Shown: positions 9,745 through 19,426 of the stretch, in pieces
How the letters are laid out: each line of letters starts with the position of its first letter
Numbering within the stretch: position 1 is the stretch's first letter
Origin: Rubrivivax sp.
GTDB lineage: Bacteria > Pseudomonadota > Gammaproteobacteria > Burkholderiales > Burkholderiaceae_C
Direction of reading: 5' to 3'
Length of the DNA: 64,000 nucleotides
Assembly (NCBI GenBank): GCA_016789955.1
Contig: JAEUPB010000004.1
Coordinates: forward strand, 22,141 to 86,140
Position numbers and translations under genes: made by a program
The notes under the pieces: model-generated
What the model was told of the DNA's origin: nothing
The model's database searches: none
The model's input: only the letters and a program-made list of their open reading frames with translations

Positions 9745-10554
9745 ATGACCCCTCCTCCACCCGCGATCCACCTGCAGCACGACGGTGCCGCGGTCCGGTT
9801 GCTGATCGACCACCCGCAGCGGCGCAACGCGTTCACCCGCGCGATGTGGCGCTCGGTGCCCGGGCTGGTCCGGCAGGCGCTGGAGGCGAGCCCGCGTGCG
9901 CTGGTGGTGCAGAGCGCCGTGACCGGGTGTTTCGCCGCCGGGGCCGACATCAGCGAGTTCGAGGCCACGTACGCCACGGCGGCCGAATCGCTGCGCGCCA
10001 ACGACGAGATCCAGCAGGCCATCGAGGCCCTCGCCGCCTGCCCGGTGCCGACGCTGGCGCTGATCGACGGGCCTTGCATCGGCGGCGGCGTCGCGTTCGC
10101 GCTGGCCTGCGACATCCGCCTGGCCAGCGAGCGCGCGAGCTTCGCCGTCACGCCGGCGCGGCTGGGGCTCTCGTACCACCCATCCGACGTGACGCGGCTG
10201 GTGCGGGCCTGCGGCCGTGCCGGCGCGGCCGAGCTGCTGTTCAGCGGCCGCGCGTGGAGCGCGCAGCGGGCCGTGGCGCAAGGCCTGGCCAACAGCGTGT
10301 CTGCGGCCGCGGACTTCACCACCGAAGCCGAGGCGCTGATCTCGGCGATCTGCGCCAACTCGCTGGACGCGACGCAGGCGCTGAAGCGCTCGCTGTCGGC
10401 CGTGGAATGCGACGACGCTGTTGCCGTCGAACGCGCGCGGCAGGAGTTCGAGGCGCAGTTCGCCGCGCCCGATTTCCTCGAAGGGCGCGACGCCTTCCTC
10501 GCCCGGCGCACTGCGCAGTTCCCGTCCCACGGATCGTCGAAGGAGCCTCGATGA
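9745..10554 (+). CDS. Enoyl-CoA hydratase/isomerase (crotonase) family
   Basis: RRNAF, FAAGADISEF, GPCIGGG, ACDIRLA, TPARLGL. Confidence 0.88.
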   Translation: MTPPPPAIHLQHDGAAVRLLIDHPQRRNAFTRAMWRSVPGLVRQALEASPRALVVQSAVTGCFAAGADISEFEATYATAAESLRANDEIQQAIEALAACPVPTLALIDGPCIGGGVAFALACDIRLASERASFAVTPARLGLSYHPSDVTRLVRACGRAGAAELLFSGRAWSAQRAVAQGLANSVSAAADFTTEAEALISAICANSLDATQALKRSLSAVECDDAVAVERARQEFEAQFAAPDFLEGRDAFLARRTAQFPSHGSSKEPR

Positions 10555-11975
10555 GCACGCCCACGCCTGCGCCGCACACCGACGCGATCGAGCGCTTCCT
10601 CGACCTCGTGCTCCACACGCGCGACGAGCACCTGGGCGCCCAGGCGCTGGCCGCCGCGCAGACCTTCTTCCTCGACACCGTGGGCGTGGCCTGCGCGGGC
10701 CGCCTGGCACCGAAGCTGAACGGCATGCTCTCGGCCGCCGGGCACTGGGGCGGGCCGGATGGCGACGCCGGCATCTCGGTGTGGAACACGCCGCACCGCA
10801 CCCACGCCCCGGCAGCCGCGCTCGTCAACGGCTACCAGTGCCACGCGCTGGAGTACGACTGCGTCTACGAGCCGGGCGTGATCCTGCCGGCCGCCCCGAT
10901 CTTCTCGGCGCTGATGGTGCAGGCCGAGCGGCTCGCGGCGGCCGGCCGGCCAGCGACCGGGCGCGCCCTGTTGCGAGCGTTCACGGTGGCGGTGGAGGTG
11001 TCGTGCACGCTGGGGCTGGCAAGCCGCAGCGCGATGTTCTTCTTCCGCCCGGGCACCACCGGCGTGTTCTCGGCGCTGGCAGCGCTGGCCTGCCTGTCGC
11101 CGCTGCCGCGCGAGCAGCTGCGTCACGCGTTCGGCATCGGCTACTCGCAGATGGGCGGCTCGATGCAGGCGCACGAGGAAGGCTCGATGATGCTGGCCAT
11201 GCAGATGGGCTTCGCCGCGCGCAACGCGGTGATGGCCTACGACATGGCGGCCGCCGGCATCACCGGCCCGGTGGAGGTGCTGGAAGGCCGCTACGGCTTC
11301 TTCCACAACTACGAGCATGGGCATGACCTGCCGATGGCGCTGGCGCAAATCGGCGCGCCGTGGAAGGTGACGCAGCTCTCGCACAAGCCCTTCCCCAGCG
11401 GCCGCGTGACGCACGGCGCCATCCACACGCTGCGGCTGCTGCGCGCCGAACTCGGGCTGGATCCGGGCACCGTGGCCGACGACGTGCGCGCCATCACCTT
11501 CCACTTCCCGCCGCTGGGCCGGCGCCTGGTGGGCCGGCCGATGGTCACGAACCCGACGCCCAACTACGCGCGGCTGTGCGTGCCCTTCGTCTCGGCCACC
11601 GAGCTGCTGCACGGCGAGGTGGATCCGGCGAGCTTCACGCCTGCAAGGCTGGCCGACCCGACGATCGAGCGCCTGGCACGCAAGATCGAGGTGCTGGAAC
11701 GGGAGCACCCGAACCCGAACGCCTTCTACCCGCAGCACCTGCGGCTGGAACTGGCCGACGGCCGCGTGATCGAGCGCGACATCCCGCATGCCTGGGGCCA
11801 CCCGCTGCTGCCGTTGACGGCGGCCGAGGGCGAGGCCAAGTTCCGCCGCTGCGTGCAACTGGCGCGCGGCGACGACGAGGCGACGCGTCGATCGGTGGAT
11901 GCCGTGCTGGCGTGGCTGGGGGACCTGCCGCGCGCCACCGACGGCGCCCCGCTGCTGCAGTTCCTGCGCGGCTGA
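10551..11975 (+). CDS. MmgE/PrpD family protein (second paralog, atypical active-site motif)
   Basis: AALVNG...HALEYD, VLEGRYGF, HKPFPSGRVTH; ATGA overlap. Confidence 0.85.
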   Translation: MSTPTPAPHTDAIERFLDLVLHTRDEHLGAQALAAAQTFFLDTVGVACAGRLAPKLNGMLSAAGHWGGPDGDAGISVWNTPHRTHAPAAALVNGYQCHALEYDCVYEPGVILPAAPIFSALMVQAERLAAAGRPATGRALLRAFTVAVEVSCTLGLASRSAMFFFRPGTTGVFSALAALACLSPLPREQLRHAFGIGYSQMGGSMQAHEEGSMMLAMQMGFAARNAVMAYDMAAAGITGPVEVLEGRYGFFHNYEHGHDLPMALAQIGAPWKVTQLSHKPFPSGRVTHGAIHTLRLLRAELGLDPGTVADDVRAITFHFPPLGRRLVGRPMVTNPTPNYARLCVPFVSATELLHGEVDPASFTPARLADPTIERLARKIEVLEREHPNPNAFYPQHLRLELADGRVIERDIPHAWGHPLLPLTAAEGEAKFRRCVQLARGDDEATRRSVDAVLAWLGDLPRATDGAPLLQFLRG

Positions 11976-12005
11976 CCCTGGCGCCGGGCCGCCGCCGGCT
12001 CCGCG

Positions 12006-13301
12006 CTACTTGCCCATCACGAACGACGGCAGCCAGGTGGCGATGGGCGGGAAGACCACCAGCAGCACGGTGGCCGCCACCATGATGCAGAAGAACGGGA
12101 TCGACGCGTGCGCGATGCGCAGGATGCTCCAGCCGCTCATGCCCTGCAGCACGAACAGGTTGAAGCCCACCGGCGGCGTGATCTGCGCCAACTCGATCAT
12201 GATGACGATGTAGATGCCGAACCAGATCGGGTCGAAGCCGGCGGCCTTGATCATCGGCAGCACCACCGCGGTGGTCAGCACGATCATCGACACGCCGTCG
12301 AGCAGGCAGCCCATCAGCAGGTAGACGATCGTCAGCGCGAGGACCAGCACGTAGCGCGACAGCTCCAGCGACACCACCCATTGCGACAGCGCCTGCGGGA
12401 TGCCCGTGAAGCCCATCGCCACGGTGAGGAAGCTCGACGCGCCGAGGATGAACAGGATCATGCAGGTCAACCGCAACGCACCCGACATGCTGGCCAGCAG
12501 GTTCTTGCGCGACAGCGACCCGCCCAGCCACGCGATGCCCAGCGAGCCCAGCACGCCCACCGCCGAGGCCTCGTTGGCGGTGGCGAAGCCGGTGGCCATC
12601 GAGAAGAAGACGAACAGGATCAGCGCGAGCACCGGGATCAGCTCGCGTGACGAACGCAGCTTCTCGGCCAGCCCGATGCGCCGCTCGGGGCGCGGCACCT
12701 TGTCCGGGTTGCGCAACGCCCATATCACGAGGTAGCCTGTGAACATGAGCAGCAGCATGATGCCGGGCACGATGCCGGCGATGAACATGCGGATCACCGA
12801 GACGTCGGACGCGACGGCGTACACGATCATCGGGATCGACGGCGGGATCAGGATGCCCAGCGTTCCGGCGCCGCACAGCGAGCCCAGCGTCATGCCGGGG
12901 TCGTAGCCACGGCGGCCGAGCTCGGGCAGCGAGATCTTGGCGATCGTGGCGCAGGTGGCCGCCGACGAGCCCGACACCGCGCCGAACAGGCCGCAGCCCA
13001 GCACGTTGACGTGCAGCAGCCGGCCGGGCAGCCGGTCGAGCCAGGGTGCCAGGCCGGCGAACAGCTGCTCGGCCAGCCGCGTGCGGAACAGGATCTCGCC
13101 CATCCAGATGAACATCGGCAGCGATGCCAGCGTCATCGACGAGTAGGTGTTCCAGTACGAGGTGAACAGGTTGATCGACGGCTTGGTCGACGAGAAGAAC
13201 GCGACGCCGGCCCAAGCCACCACGCCCAGCGAGACGGCGATCCACACCCCGCCGGCCAGCAACAGGAACAGCAGGCCGATCAGCAGGGCAGGTGCCGACA
13301 T
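12006..13301 (-). CDS. dctM: TRAP transporter large permease DctM
   Basis: SGSSAAT, GTLGILIPPS, ITPPVGFNLFV. Confidence 0.92.
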   Translation of the reverse strand: MSAPALLIGLLFLLLAGGVWIAVSLGVVAWAGVAFFSSTKPSINLFTSYWNTYSSMTLASLPMFIWMGEILFRTRLAEQLFAGLAPWLDRLPGRLLHVNVLGCGLFGAVSGSSAATCATIAKISLPELGRRGYDPGMTLGSLCGAGTLGILIPPSIPMIVYAVASDVSVIRMFIAGIVPGIMLLLMFTGYLVIWALRNPDKVPRPERRIGLAEKLRSSRELIPVLALILFVFFSMATGFATANEASAVGVLGSLGIAWLGGSLSRKNLLASMSGALRLTCMILFILGASSFLTVAMGFTGIPQALSQWVVSLELSRYVLVLALTIVYLLMGCLLDGVSMIVLTTAVVLPMIKAAGFDPIWFGIYIVIMIELAQITPPVGFNLFVLQGMSGWSILRIAHASIPFFCIMVAATVLLVVFPPIATWLPSFVMGK

Positions 13302-13315
13302 GCGGGGTCCGGGGA

Positions 13316-13840
13316 TCAGTGCGCCGTGGGCTGGCCGACGGCCGGCGGCTTCTCCGCCACCAGCTCGGCGGCGGGCGTCACCAGCGCGCCGATCGCCTGG
13401 TCCAACACCGCCACCCACAACAGCGCCACGCCGACGAGGAAGCTGAGCTGGGGCACCCACACAGGGATCAGCAGCATGCCCTGCGTCAGCTCGTCGGAGC
13501 GCCAGCCTTCCCAGAGATAGGCGCCCACGGCCACCAGCATGTAGGTGACGAAGACGAAGCCGATCGCCAGGCAGGCCAGCAGCACCGGCTTGCGCAGTGC
13601 CGGCGGCAGACGGTCGACGATGAGGCCGACTCGGATCATCTCGCCGCGCGCGAAGGTGGCCGGCAGCGCGAGAAAGCCGGCCGCCGCGCAGAACCAGCCG
13701 ATCAGTTCGTTGGCGCCGGTGATGTAGCTGCCGAACCAGCGGAACACCGGCTCGAACACCATCAGCGCGAAGATGCCCAGCAGGAACGCGCCGGCCAGCG
13801 CCAGGCAGCCGTCGTAGGTGTAGTCGAGCGCGCGTCGCAT
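13316..13840 (-). CDS. dctQ: TRAP transporter small permease DctQ
   Basis: Four hydrophobic segments, GEMIRVGLI motif, located between dctP and dctM. Confidence 0.85.
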   Translation of the reverse strand: MRRALDYTYDGCLALAGAFLLGIFALMVFEPVFRWFGSYITGANELIGWFCAAAGFLALPATFARGEMIRVGLIVDRLPPALRKPVLLACLAIGFVFVTYMLVAVGAYLWEGWRSDELTQGMLLIPVWVPQLSFLVGVALLWVAVLDQAIGALVTPAAELVAEKPPAVGQPTAH

Positions 13841-13859
13841 CGGCCGGCTGCCGTCGGCC

Positions 13860-14870
13860 CTACTTGCCGATCTCCTTGCGGTAGGCCGCCAGCGCCGCGA
13901 TGGCCTCGTCGCCCATCGGCTTGGTGTACTCGTCCCACAGCGGCTTGGTGCGGCTGACCATCTCGTCGACCATGGCCTTGGGCGCATCCGCGACGCTCAT
14001 GCCGTTGGCCTTGAGGTCGGCCACCTTCTTCTGATGGTCCTGCTTGCTGTTCTCCCAGAACTGGGGCTCCATCTCGCGCGCGATGCGCTCGATGGTGGCC
14101 TGCTGCTGCGGCGTCAGCTTCTTCCAGGTGTCCAGGTTGATGGCCATCACGTTGGACGCCCAGATGTGGTTCGTCTGGTAGCCGTACTTCATGAAGTCCC
14201 AGTACTTCTGCGCCACCGCGGTGCCCGCCGACGTGGGCACACCGTCGAGCATGCCCGAGCCCAGCGCCTGCAGGATCTCGAGGTTGTTCATCTGCACCGG
14301 GGTCATGCCCAGGCGATTGATCCAGTCGGTGGTGAGCCGGTCGAGGCTGCGCATCTTCAGCCCCTTCAGGTCGCCCACTCCGGTGACCGGCTTCTTCACG
14401 AAGAAGAACTGGTTGGGCCACGGCACGATGTACAGCGCCTTCTGGTTGTTCTTGGCCAGCACGCCTTCCCACACCGGGCGGAAGTACTTGTGCATCAGCT
14501 TGAGCTGGTCGTAGTCGCCCACCAGGAAGGGCAGCGTCTCCACCGCCATCACCGGCGCGCGGCCGGCGTTCTGGAACAACGCGTAGTCGGCCGCGGGAAC
14601 CACGCCGTCGGCCACCGCGCGCAGCGACTCGTTGGCCTTCACGCCCAGCGTGCCGCCGGGGTGCGTAGCCATCGTCACCTGGCCGTTGGTCTCCTTGGTG
14701 ACGCGCTCGGCGAACTTGGCCGCGTTCTGCGAGTGGAACTCGCCCGGGCCCCAGGGCACGGAGATGTCGATCTTCACCTGGGCTACCGCCGCCAGCGGCA
14801 GCAGCAGCGCCGCAGCGCCGGCAGTCAGAAGCGGGCGCAGCACGCGCCCGATGGTCGATGGCTCAAACAT
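13860..14870 (-). CDS. dctP: TRAP transporter substrate-binding protein DctP
   Basis: Signal peptide, DLKGLKMR, QALGSGMLDG. Confidence 0.9.
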   Translation of the reverse strand: MFEPSTIGRVLRPLLTAGAAALLLPLAAVAQVKIDISVPWGPGEFHSQNAAKFAERVTKETNGQVTMATHPGGTLGVKANESLRAVADGVVPAADYALFQNAGRAPVMAVETLPFLVGDYDQLKLMHKYFRPVWEGVLAKNNQKALYIVPWPNQFFFVKKPVTGVGDLKGLKMRSLDRLTTDWINRLGMTPVQMNNLEILQALGSGMLDGVPTSAGTAVAQKYWDFMKYGYQTNHIWASNVMAINLDTWKKLTPQQQATIERIAREMEPQFWENSKQDHQKKVADLKANGMSVADAPKAMVDEMVSRTKPLWDEYTKPMGDEAIAALAAYRKEIGK

Positions 14871-14941
14871 GTGTGGACCTCTTTTCGTGACCCGCGGAAC
14901 GCACGCATCCGGACTCGGCTGCACCCGCCGCGGCATTCAAC

Positions 14942-14961
14942 AATATGTCCGTACAACTTGC
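14942..14961. promoter_or_regulatory. Operator copy 5 (AATATGTCCGTACAACTTGC) upstream of the second dctP
   Basis: 20/20 identical to 9681-9700 (reverse complement). Confidence 0.7.
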
Positions 14962-15046
14962 AACCGGCGTTTGTCCGAAGACGTTCTAGCAGGTCGCGTG
15001 CCAGCAGGTATGCCGGCCTGCACTGGCGGCATGCGGATGCCGCCGT

Positions 15047-16090
15047 TCAGTTGGCCTTCGCGGTGAGGTTCACCACCTTGCCGACGGTCTCGTTCCAGCT
15101 CTTCACGCACTCGGCACCGCAGCGGGCGGCCCAGCGCGGCAGCACGTGGTCGGTGAGGGCCTTCAGGCGCAGCGCGGCGTCACCGGGCGCGGGCTGCACC
15201 AGCACCATCGAGGCGGCAGGGCCCTCGGGGCACTTGCCGCCGGTGTTGCAGGCCAGGCCGATGTCGTTCTCGCGCACGTTCTGCTCGAAGATCGCCTGCT
15301 CGAGCTTGGCGTACTGATCCTGCACGATCTTCTTCGTGCCGGCGTCGAGCTTTGCCCAGCTGTTCAGGTTGATCGCCGAGAGCCCGGCGCCCCAGTTGAT
15401 CGGCAGCGCGTAGAGGTACTTCGCACCGTCGTACCACTTGGCCTTGTAGCCGCCCAGCGTGCCGGTGATGGCGCAGTCGACGACGCCGTTCTGCAGCGCC
15501 TGCTGCACCTCGCCGAACGCCATGTTGATGCCCGAGCCCCCGAAGTAGCCCACGAAGTCGGCCTGCGATGCACCGGAGGTGCGCACCTTGCGACCTTTCA
15601 GGTCGGCCAGGCTGCGGATCTCGTTGCGGCAGAACAGCACCTGCCCCTGGTACGAGAACAGGCCCAGCACCTTGGCCTTCACGTTCTGCTCGTAGTGCCG
15701 CTCGAGGATCGGGCGGAACGCCAGCGTCACCTCGCGGAAGGTCTGGATCGTGGGCGAGACGCCGGCCAGGTCGGTGGCGTCGTTGATCGGGTTGTCGCCG
15801 GCCACGAAGCCGAGCTGGCTGGTGCCGACGTCGAACACGCCCTGCCCGAGCAGGCGGAACACCTCGGGGCCCTTCAGGCCCATCTCGTTCCAGGGCTTGA
15901 AGTTCGCGGTGATGGCCCCGTTGGTGGCCGCCGGGATCTCCTTGCTCCAGAACGGTGCCTCGAGCTCCTTGGACTGGGTGGTGATGCCCAGGTTGCCGAC
16001 GACCTGGAAGGTGACCTTGGTCTGGGCAGGCGCCGGGCCTGCGGCGGCGAACAGCGCGGCGGCGACGAGGGATGGCGTGGCGAGCTTCAT
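15047..16090 (-). CDS. dctP: TRAP transporter substrate-binding protein DctP
   Basis: Signal peptide, DLKGRKVR, FGEVQQALQNGVVDC. Confidence 0.9.
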   Translation of the reverse strand: MKLATPSLVAAALFAAAGPAPAQTKVTFQVVGNLGITTQSKELEAPFWSKEIPAATNGAITANFKPWNEMGLKGPEVFRLLGQGVFDVGTSQLGFVAGDNPINDATDLAGVSPTIQTFREVTLAFRPILERHYEQNVKAKVLGLFSYQGQVLFCRNEIRSLADLKGRKVRTSGASQADFVGYFGGSGINMAFGEVQQALQNGVVDCAITGTLGGYKAKWYDGAKYLYALPINWGAGLSAINLNSWAKLDAGTKKIVQDQYAKLEQAIFEQNVRENDIGLACNTGGKCPEGPAASMVLVQPAPGDAALRLKALTDHVLPRWAARCGAECVKSWNETVGKVVNLTAKAN

Positions 16091-16129
16091 GGAAGGGCTC
16101 CTGGGTGAAAGGGTTGGATGCGCATGGGT

Positions 16130-17425
16130 TCACGCGCGGGTGGCGGCGAAGAGGGCGGGCAGCCAGAGCGCGATCGACGGGAACGCGACCAGCAGCCCGA
16201 TCAGCAACAGCATCAGCGCGACGTAGGGCAGCGAGCCGACGACGACGTCGCGGAACGGCCCCTCGCCGCGCACCGACTGCACGACGAACAGGTTCATGCC
16301 GATCGGCGGCGTGATCAGCGCCGCCTCGATGAGGATCACGAAGATCACGCCGAACCACACCGGGCTGAACCCCAGCGCCTTGATGATCGGCACCACCACC
16401 GGCGTGGTGGCGACCATCAGCGTCAGCGACTCGACGAAGCAGCCCAGCACGATGTAGAGCAGGACGATGGCCGCCAGGATCGCGTACTTCGACCACTGCA
16501 ACTCGCCCACCCATTTCACGACGACATCGGTGAGGCCGAGCGTGGACAACACGAAGTTGAGGAAGAACGCCGCCATCACGATCAGCATCACCATCGCCGT
16601 GGTGCGCACCGTGCCCTCGAAGGTGCGCAGCAGCATCGGCACCGTCAGGCGGCCGCGCACCGCGACCAGCGCCAGCGCGCCGATCACGCCGAGCGCCGAC
16701 GCCTCGGTGGCGGTGGCCAAGCCGGCGTAGATGGAGCCGACGACGAGCAGGAACAGGAACAGCGGCGGCAGCAGGTGCGGCAGGGCCTGGAGGCGCTCGC
16801 GCCAAGGCGCTGCGGCCTTGCGCGGGGCGATCGACGGGTCGATGCGGCAGGCCACGTACACGTAGATCGAGAAGACTCCCGCCAGCAGCAGGCCGGGAAT
16901 CGCCGCAGCCAGGTACAGGTCGGAGACCGCCGTCTCGGACATCGCGCCGTACAGCACCATGTTGATGCTCGGCGGAATCAGGATGCCCAGCGTGCCGCCG
17001 GCGGCGATGGTGCCCAGGAACATGTCGGGCCGGTAGCCATGGCGCTTCATGTTCGGGATCGACACCGTGCCGATGGTGGCTGCCGTCGCGATGCTGGAGC
17101 CCGAGGTGGCCGCGAACACGGCCGAGGCCGAGATGTTGGTGTGCATCAGCCCGCCGGGGATGTGCCCCACCCAGCGGTCGAGCGCCGCGTACATCGACTC
17201 GGCCACGCCCGAGCGCAGCAGCAGCTCGCCCATCATGATGAACATCGGCACCGCGACGAGGATGAAGTCGGCGCTGGAACTCCACGCGATCTCGCCCAGG
17301 CCCCGCAGCAGCGGGAACGTGGAGTAGACCTGCGCCAGCGTGCCGCCCATGATGCCGAGCACGGCGGCCACGAACAGGCTGCTGGCGGCCAGCCCGAGCA
17401 GCAGCAGCAGCGAGACGGTCAGCAT
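16130..17425 (-). CDS. dctM: TRAP transporter large permease DctM
   Basis: SGSSIAT, GGTLGILIPPS, ITPPIGMNLFV. Confidence 0.92.
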   Translation of the reverse strand: MLTVSLLLLLGLAASSLFVAAVLGIMGGTLAQVYSTFPLLRGLGEIAWSSSADFILVAVPMFIMMGELLLRSGVAESMYAALDRWVGHIPGGLMHTNISASAVFAATSGSSIATAATIGTVSIPNMKRHGYRPDMFLGTIAAGGTLGILIPPSINMVLYGAMSETAVSDLYLAAAIPGLLLAGVFSIYVYVACRIDPSIAPRKAAAPWRERLQALPHLLPPLFLFLLVVGSIYAGLATATEASALGVIGALALVAVRGRLTVPMLLRTFEGTVRTTAMVMLIVMAAFFLNFVLSTLGLTDVVVKWVGELQWSKYAILAAIVLLYIVLGCFVESLTLMVATTPVVVPIIKALGFSPVWFGVIFVILIEAALITPPIGMNLFVVQSVRGEGPFRDVVVGSLPYVALMLLLIGLLVAFPSIALWLPALFAATRA

Positions 17426-18000
17426 GCCGGCGACTCCGCGCGCGCGGTGCTGGCGTCGATCTCCTGCTTCAGCGACGCGACGCCCAGCCGCTCGTGCACC
17501 GCCTCGTGCCGGCCGCGCAGGCACTGCCACAGGCCCACGACGGCATACAGCAGTGCCAGCAGCGCGAACCACGCCAGCCCGAGCAGCCACAACCCCTGCG
17601 GCCAGGCCAGCCGGATCGCCAGCGCCGAGTTGGAGCGCGCGCCGCCGGCCCAGTTGGACATCACCAGCTGCCCGGCCCAGTACAGCAGCACGCAGAGGCA
17701 CACGGCCAGGCCCGTGCAGGCCGCCACGTCGAGCCAGGCGCGGCCCTTCAACGGCATCTTCACGTACAGCAACTCGATGCGGATGTGCGCGCGCGTGACC
17801 AGCGCGTACGACATGCCCAGGCTCGTCGAGATCGCGAACGCGTAGGTCGAGAGCTCGAAGCTCTCGAAGATGTTGAGCTTGAACGCCGCGCGGAACACCA
17901 CGTCGAGCGAGATCAGCGCGGCCGACACCAGCAGCATCGCGCCGCCCAGCCAGGCCAGCGCGCGCGAGACGCCGGTGCCGATGTCGAACAGTCGCTTCAT
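17419..18000 (-). CDS. dctQ: TRAP transporter small permease DctQ
   Basis: AHIRIELL motif, four TM segments. Confidence 0.88.
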   Translation of the reverse strand: MKRLFDIGTGVSRALAWLGGAMLLVSAALISLDVVFRAAFKLNIFESFELSTYAFAISTSLGMSYALVTRAHIRIELLYVKMPLKGRAWLDVAACTGLAVCLCVLLYWAGQLVMSNWAGGARSNSALAIRLAWPQGLWLLGLAWFALLALLYAVVGLWQCLRGRHEAVHERLGVASLKQEIDASTARAESPAC

Positions 18001-18016
18001 GCCGGCCGGGCTCGGT

Positions 18017-18847
18017 TCACGACCACAGCACCAGTTGCCCGTCAGGCAGGCGCCCGACGAACGAGCCGATCGAGATCCGCTCGGCGTTGCCGCCGGCCGG
18101 CCCGCCGCTCACCTCGTGCGGGTTGCGTGTGTTGAAGAGCACCACGTCGCCGGCGGTGGGCCGGTAGCTCATCGACGGCGCGCCGGCCACGATGGCGCGA
18201 TCGAGCCCGTAGCTGCGCGGGATCTCGCCCGCGGCCACCGGCGGGCTCCACGGCGCGTTGTGCACGATGGTGATGCCGCCCTCGGCCAGCTCCTCGGCGA
18301 AGAAGTTCCAGCCGAGCTGCGCATCGATGCGGCCGATGGCGTAGTGCGGCGCGTTCAGCGGCGCCCAGTCGGCGTGCAGATCGACGCCCTCGCTGGCGAA
18401 ACGCACGATGCCGGCGAAGTACGGGCCGGCCTCCTCGCGCGCGATGCCCACCGGGTGCGGCCACACGGCCTGCAGCCGATCGATCAGCCGCTGCACCGCA
18501 TCGAAGGACCGTGCGCAGACCTGCTGCAGGTCGGCCGCGGCCGCGGGCACCGCCTCGAAGAAGTCGCTCTTCGGCCGGTCCCAGCGGTACTCGTACTGCG
18601 CCATGCCGATGTAGCCGATGCGGCGGCCCACGCTGTAGTGGCGGATGTTCCCGGCGCGCGCCGCGGCGGCGAAGGCGCGGCACTCGTCGACGCTGGCGAA
18701 ACCGGGGATGCGGATGGCAGCGATGCGGTTGTCCAGCAGCAGCGCGAGCGTGCGCACATCCAGCGGATGCTCCACGGCATCCATCCACGTCGGCGCCGGC
18801 ACGTTCGAACCAGGCGTCGCGGCCGGCACGGCCGCCGCGGCGCTCAC
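18017..18847 (-). CDS. 2OG-Fe(II) dependent oxygenase (proline-hydroxylase-like)
   Basis: HAD...NPHEV...ERIS gives the HxD...H...RxS motif; GTG start overlapping the cupin stop (start uncertain). Confidence 0.75.
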   Translation of the reverse strand: MSAAAAVPAATPGSNVPAPTWMDAVEHPLDVRTLALLLDNRIAAIRIPGFASVDECRAFAAAARAGNIRHYSVGRRIGYIGMAQYEYRWDRPKSDFFEAVPAAAADLQQVCARSFDAVQRLIDRLQAVWPHPVGIAREEAGPYFAGIVRFASEGVDLHADWAPLNAPHYAIGRIDAQLGWNFFAEELAEGGITIVHNAPWSPPVAAGEIPRSYGLDRAIVAGAPSMSYRPTAGDVVLFNTRNPHEVSGGPAGGNAERISIGSFVGRLPDGQLVLWS

Positions 18848-19245
18848 GCCTCGGTCACCCAGGTCTTGCGCGGCGGCGTCTTCACCTCGATCTGCTCGCA
18901 GTCCTCGAGGGCTTCGCTGTAGTGCTCCACGCCGCGCGGGTGGATCCACGACGTGCCGGCCTCGGCGATGAACTCCTCGCCGCCGATGACCACGCGCATG
19001 CGGCCGCTGATGAGGTAGGCCACGGTCTCGTGGTCGTCGTGCTTGTGCACCGGGTCGATCAGGCCCTTCTCGCGGATGACGTGCAGCAGCACCGCCTCGT
19101 GGCCGACCATCGCGCGCCGCACTTCCACCCGCCCCTTCGGCTTCGCCCCTTCGACCGACGCGAGCCGCTCGGGGACGAGGTCGCGGATGTGCGTATGGCA
19201 GCCGCGCGTGGGCTCGAGGTAGCGCGGGTCGGTCGCAGCGGTCAT
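18844..19245 (-). CDS. Cupin domain protein
   Basis: PVHKHDDHETVAYLISG...IHPRGVEH metal-binding motifs. Confidence 0.85.
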   Translation of the reverse strand: MTAATDPRYLEPTRGCHTHIRDLVPERLASVEGAKPKGRVEVRRAMVGHEAVLLHVIREKGLIDPVHKHDDHETVAYLISGRMRVVIGGEEFIAEAGTSWIHPRGVEHYSEALEDCEQIEVKTPPRKTWVTEA

Positions 19246-19306
19246 GGACGTCCTTCCGGATGCGGCGCGCCGCCGCTGCGCGGTAGCCTAGCAGGTCGCC
19301 GATGGG

Positions 19307-19392
19307 TTGTCGACATTGTCGACCGTACAAATCCAACCTGCGGATTCATCACCTGGGAAAGCCCGCATCACACCAAGCTCATTGTGTACAAT
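19307..19392. promoter_or_regulatory. FadR/GntR-type palindromes (TTGTCGACA, TTGTCGACC, ATTGTGTACAAT)
   Basis: AT-rich divergent intergenic region next to an FCD-type GntR gene. Confidence 0.45.
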
Positions 19393-19426
19393 TTTCTGCC
19401 TCAGGACCACCCTCACGGAGGCTGCC

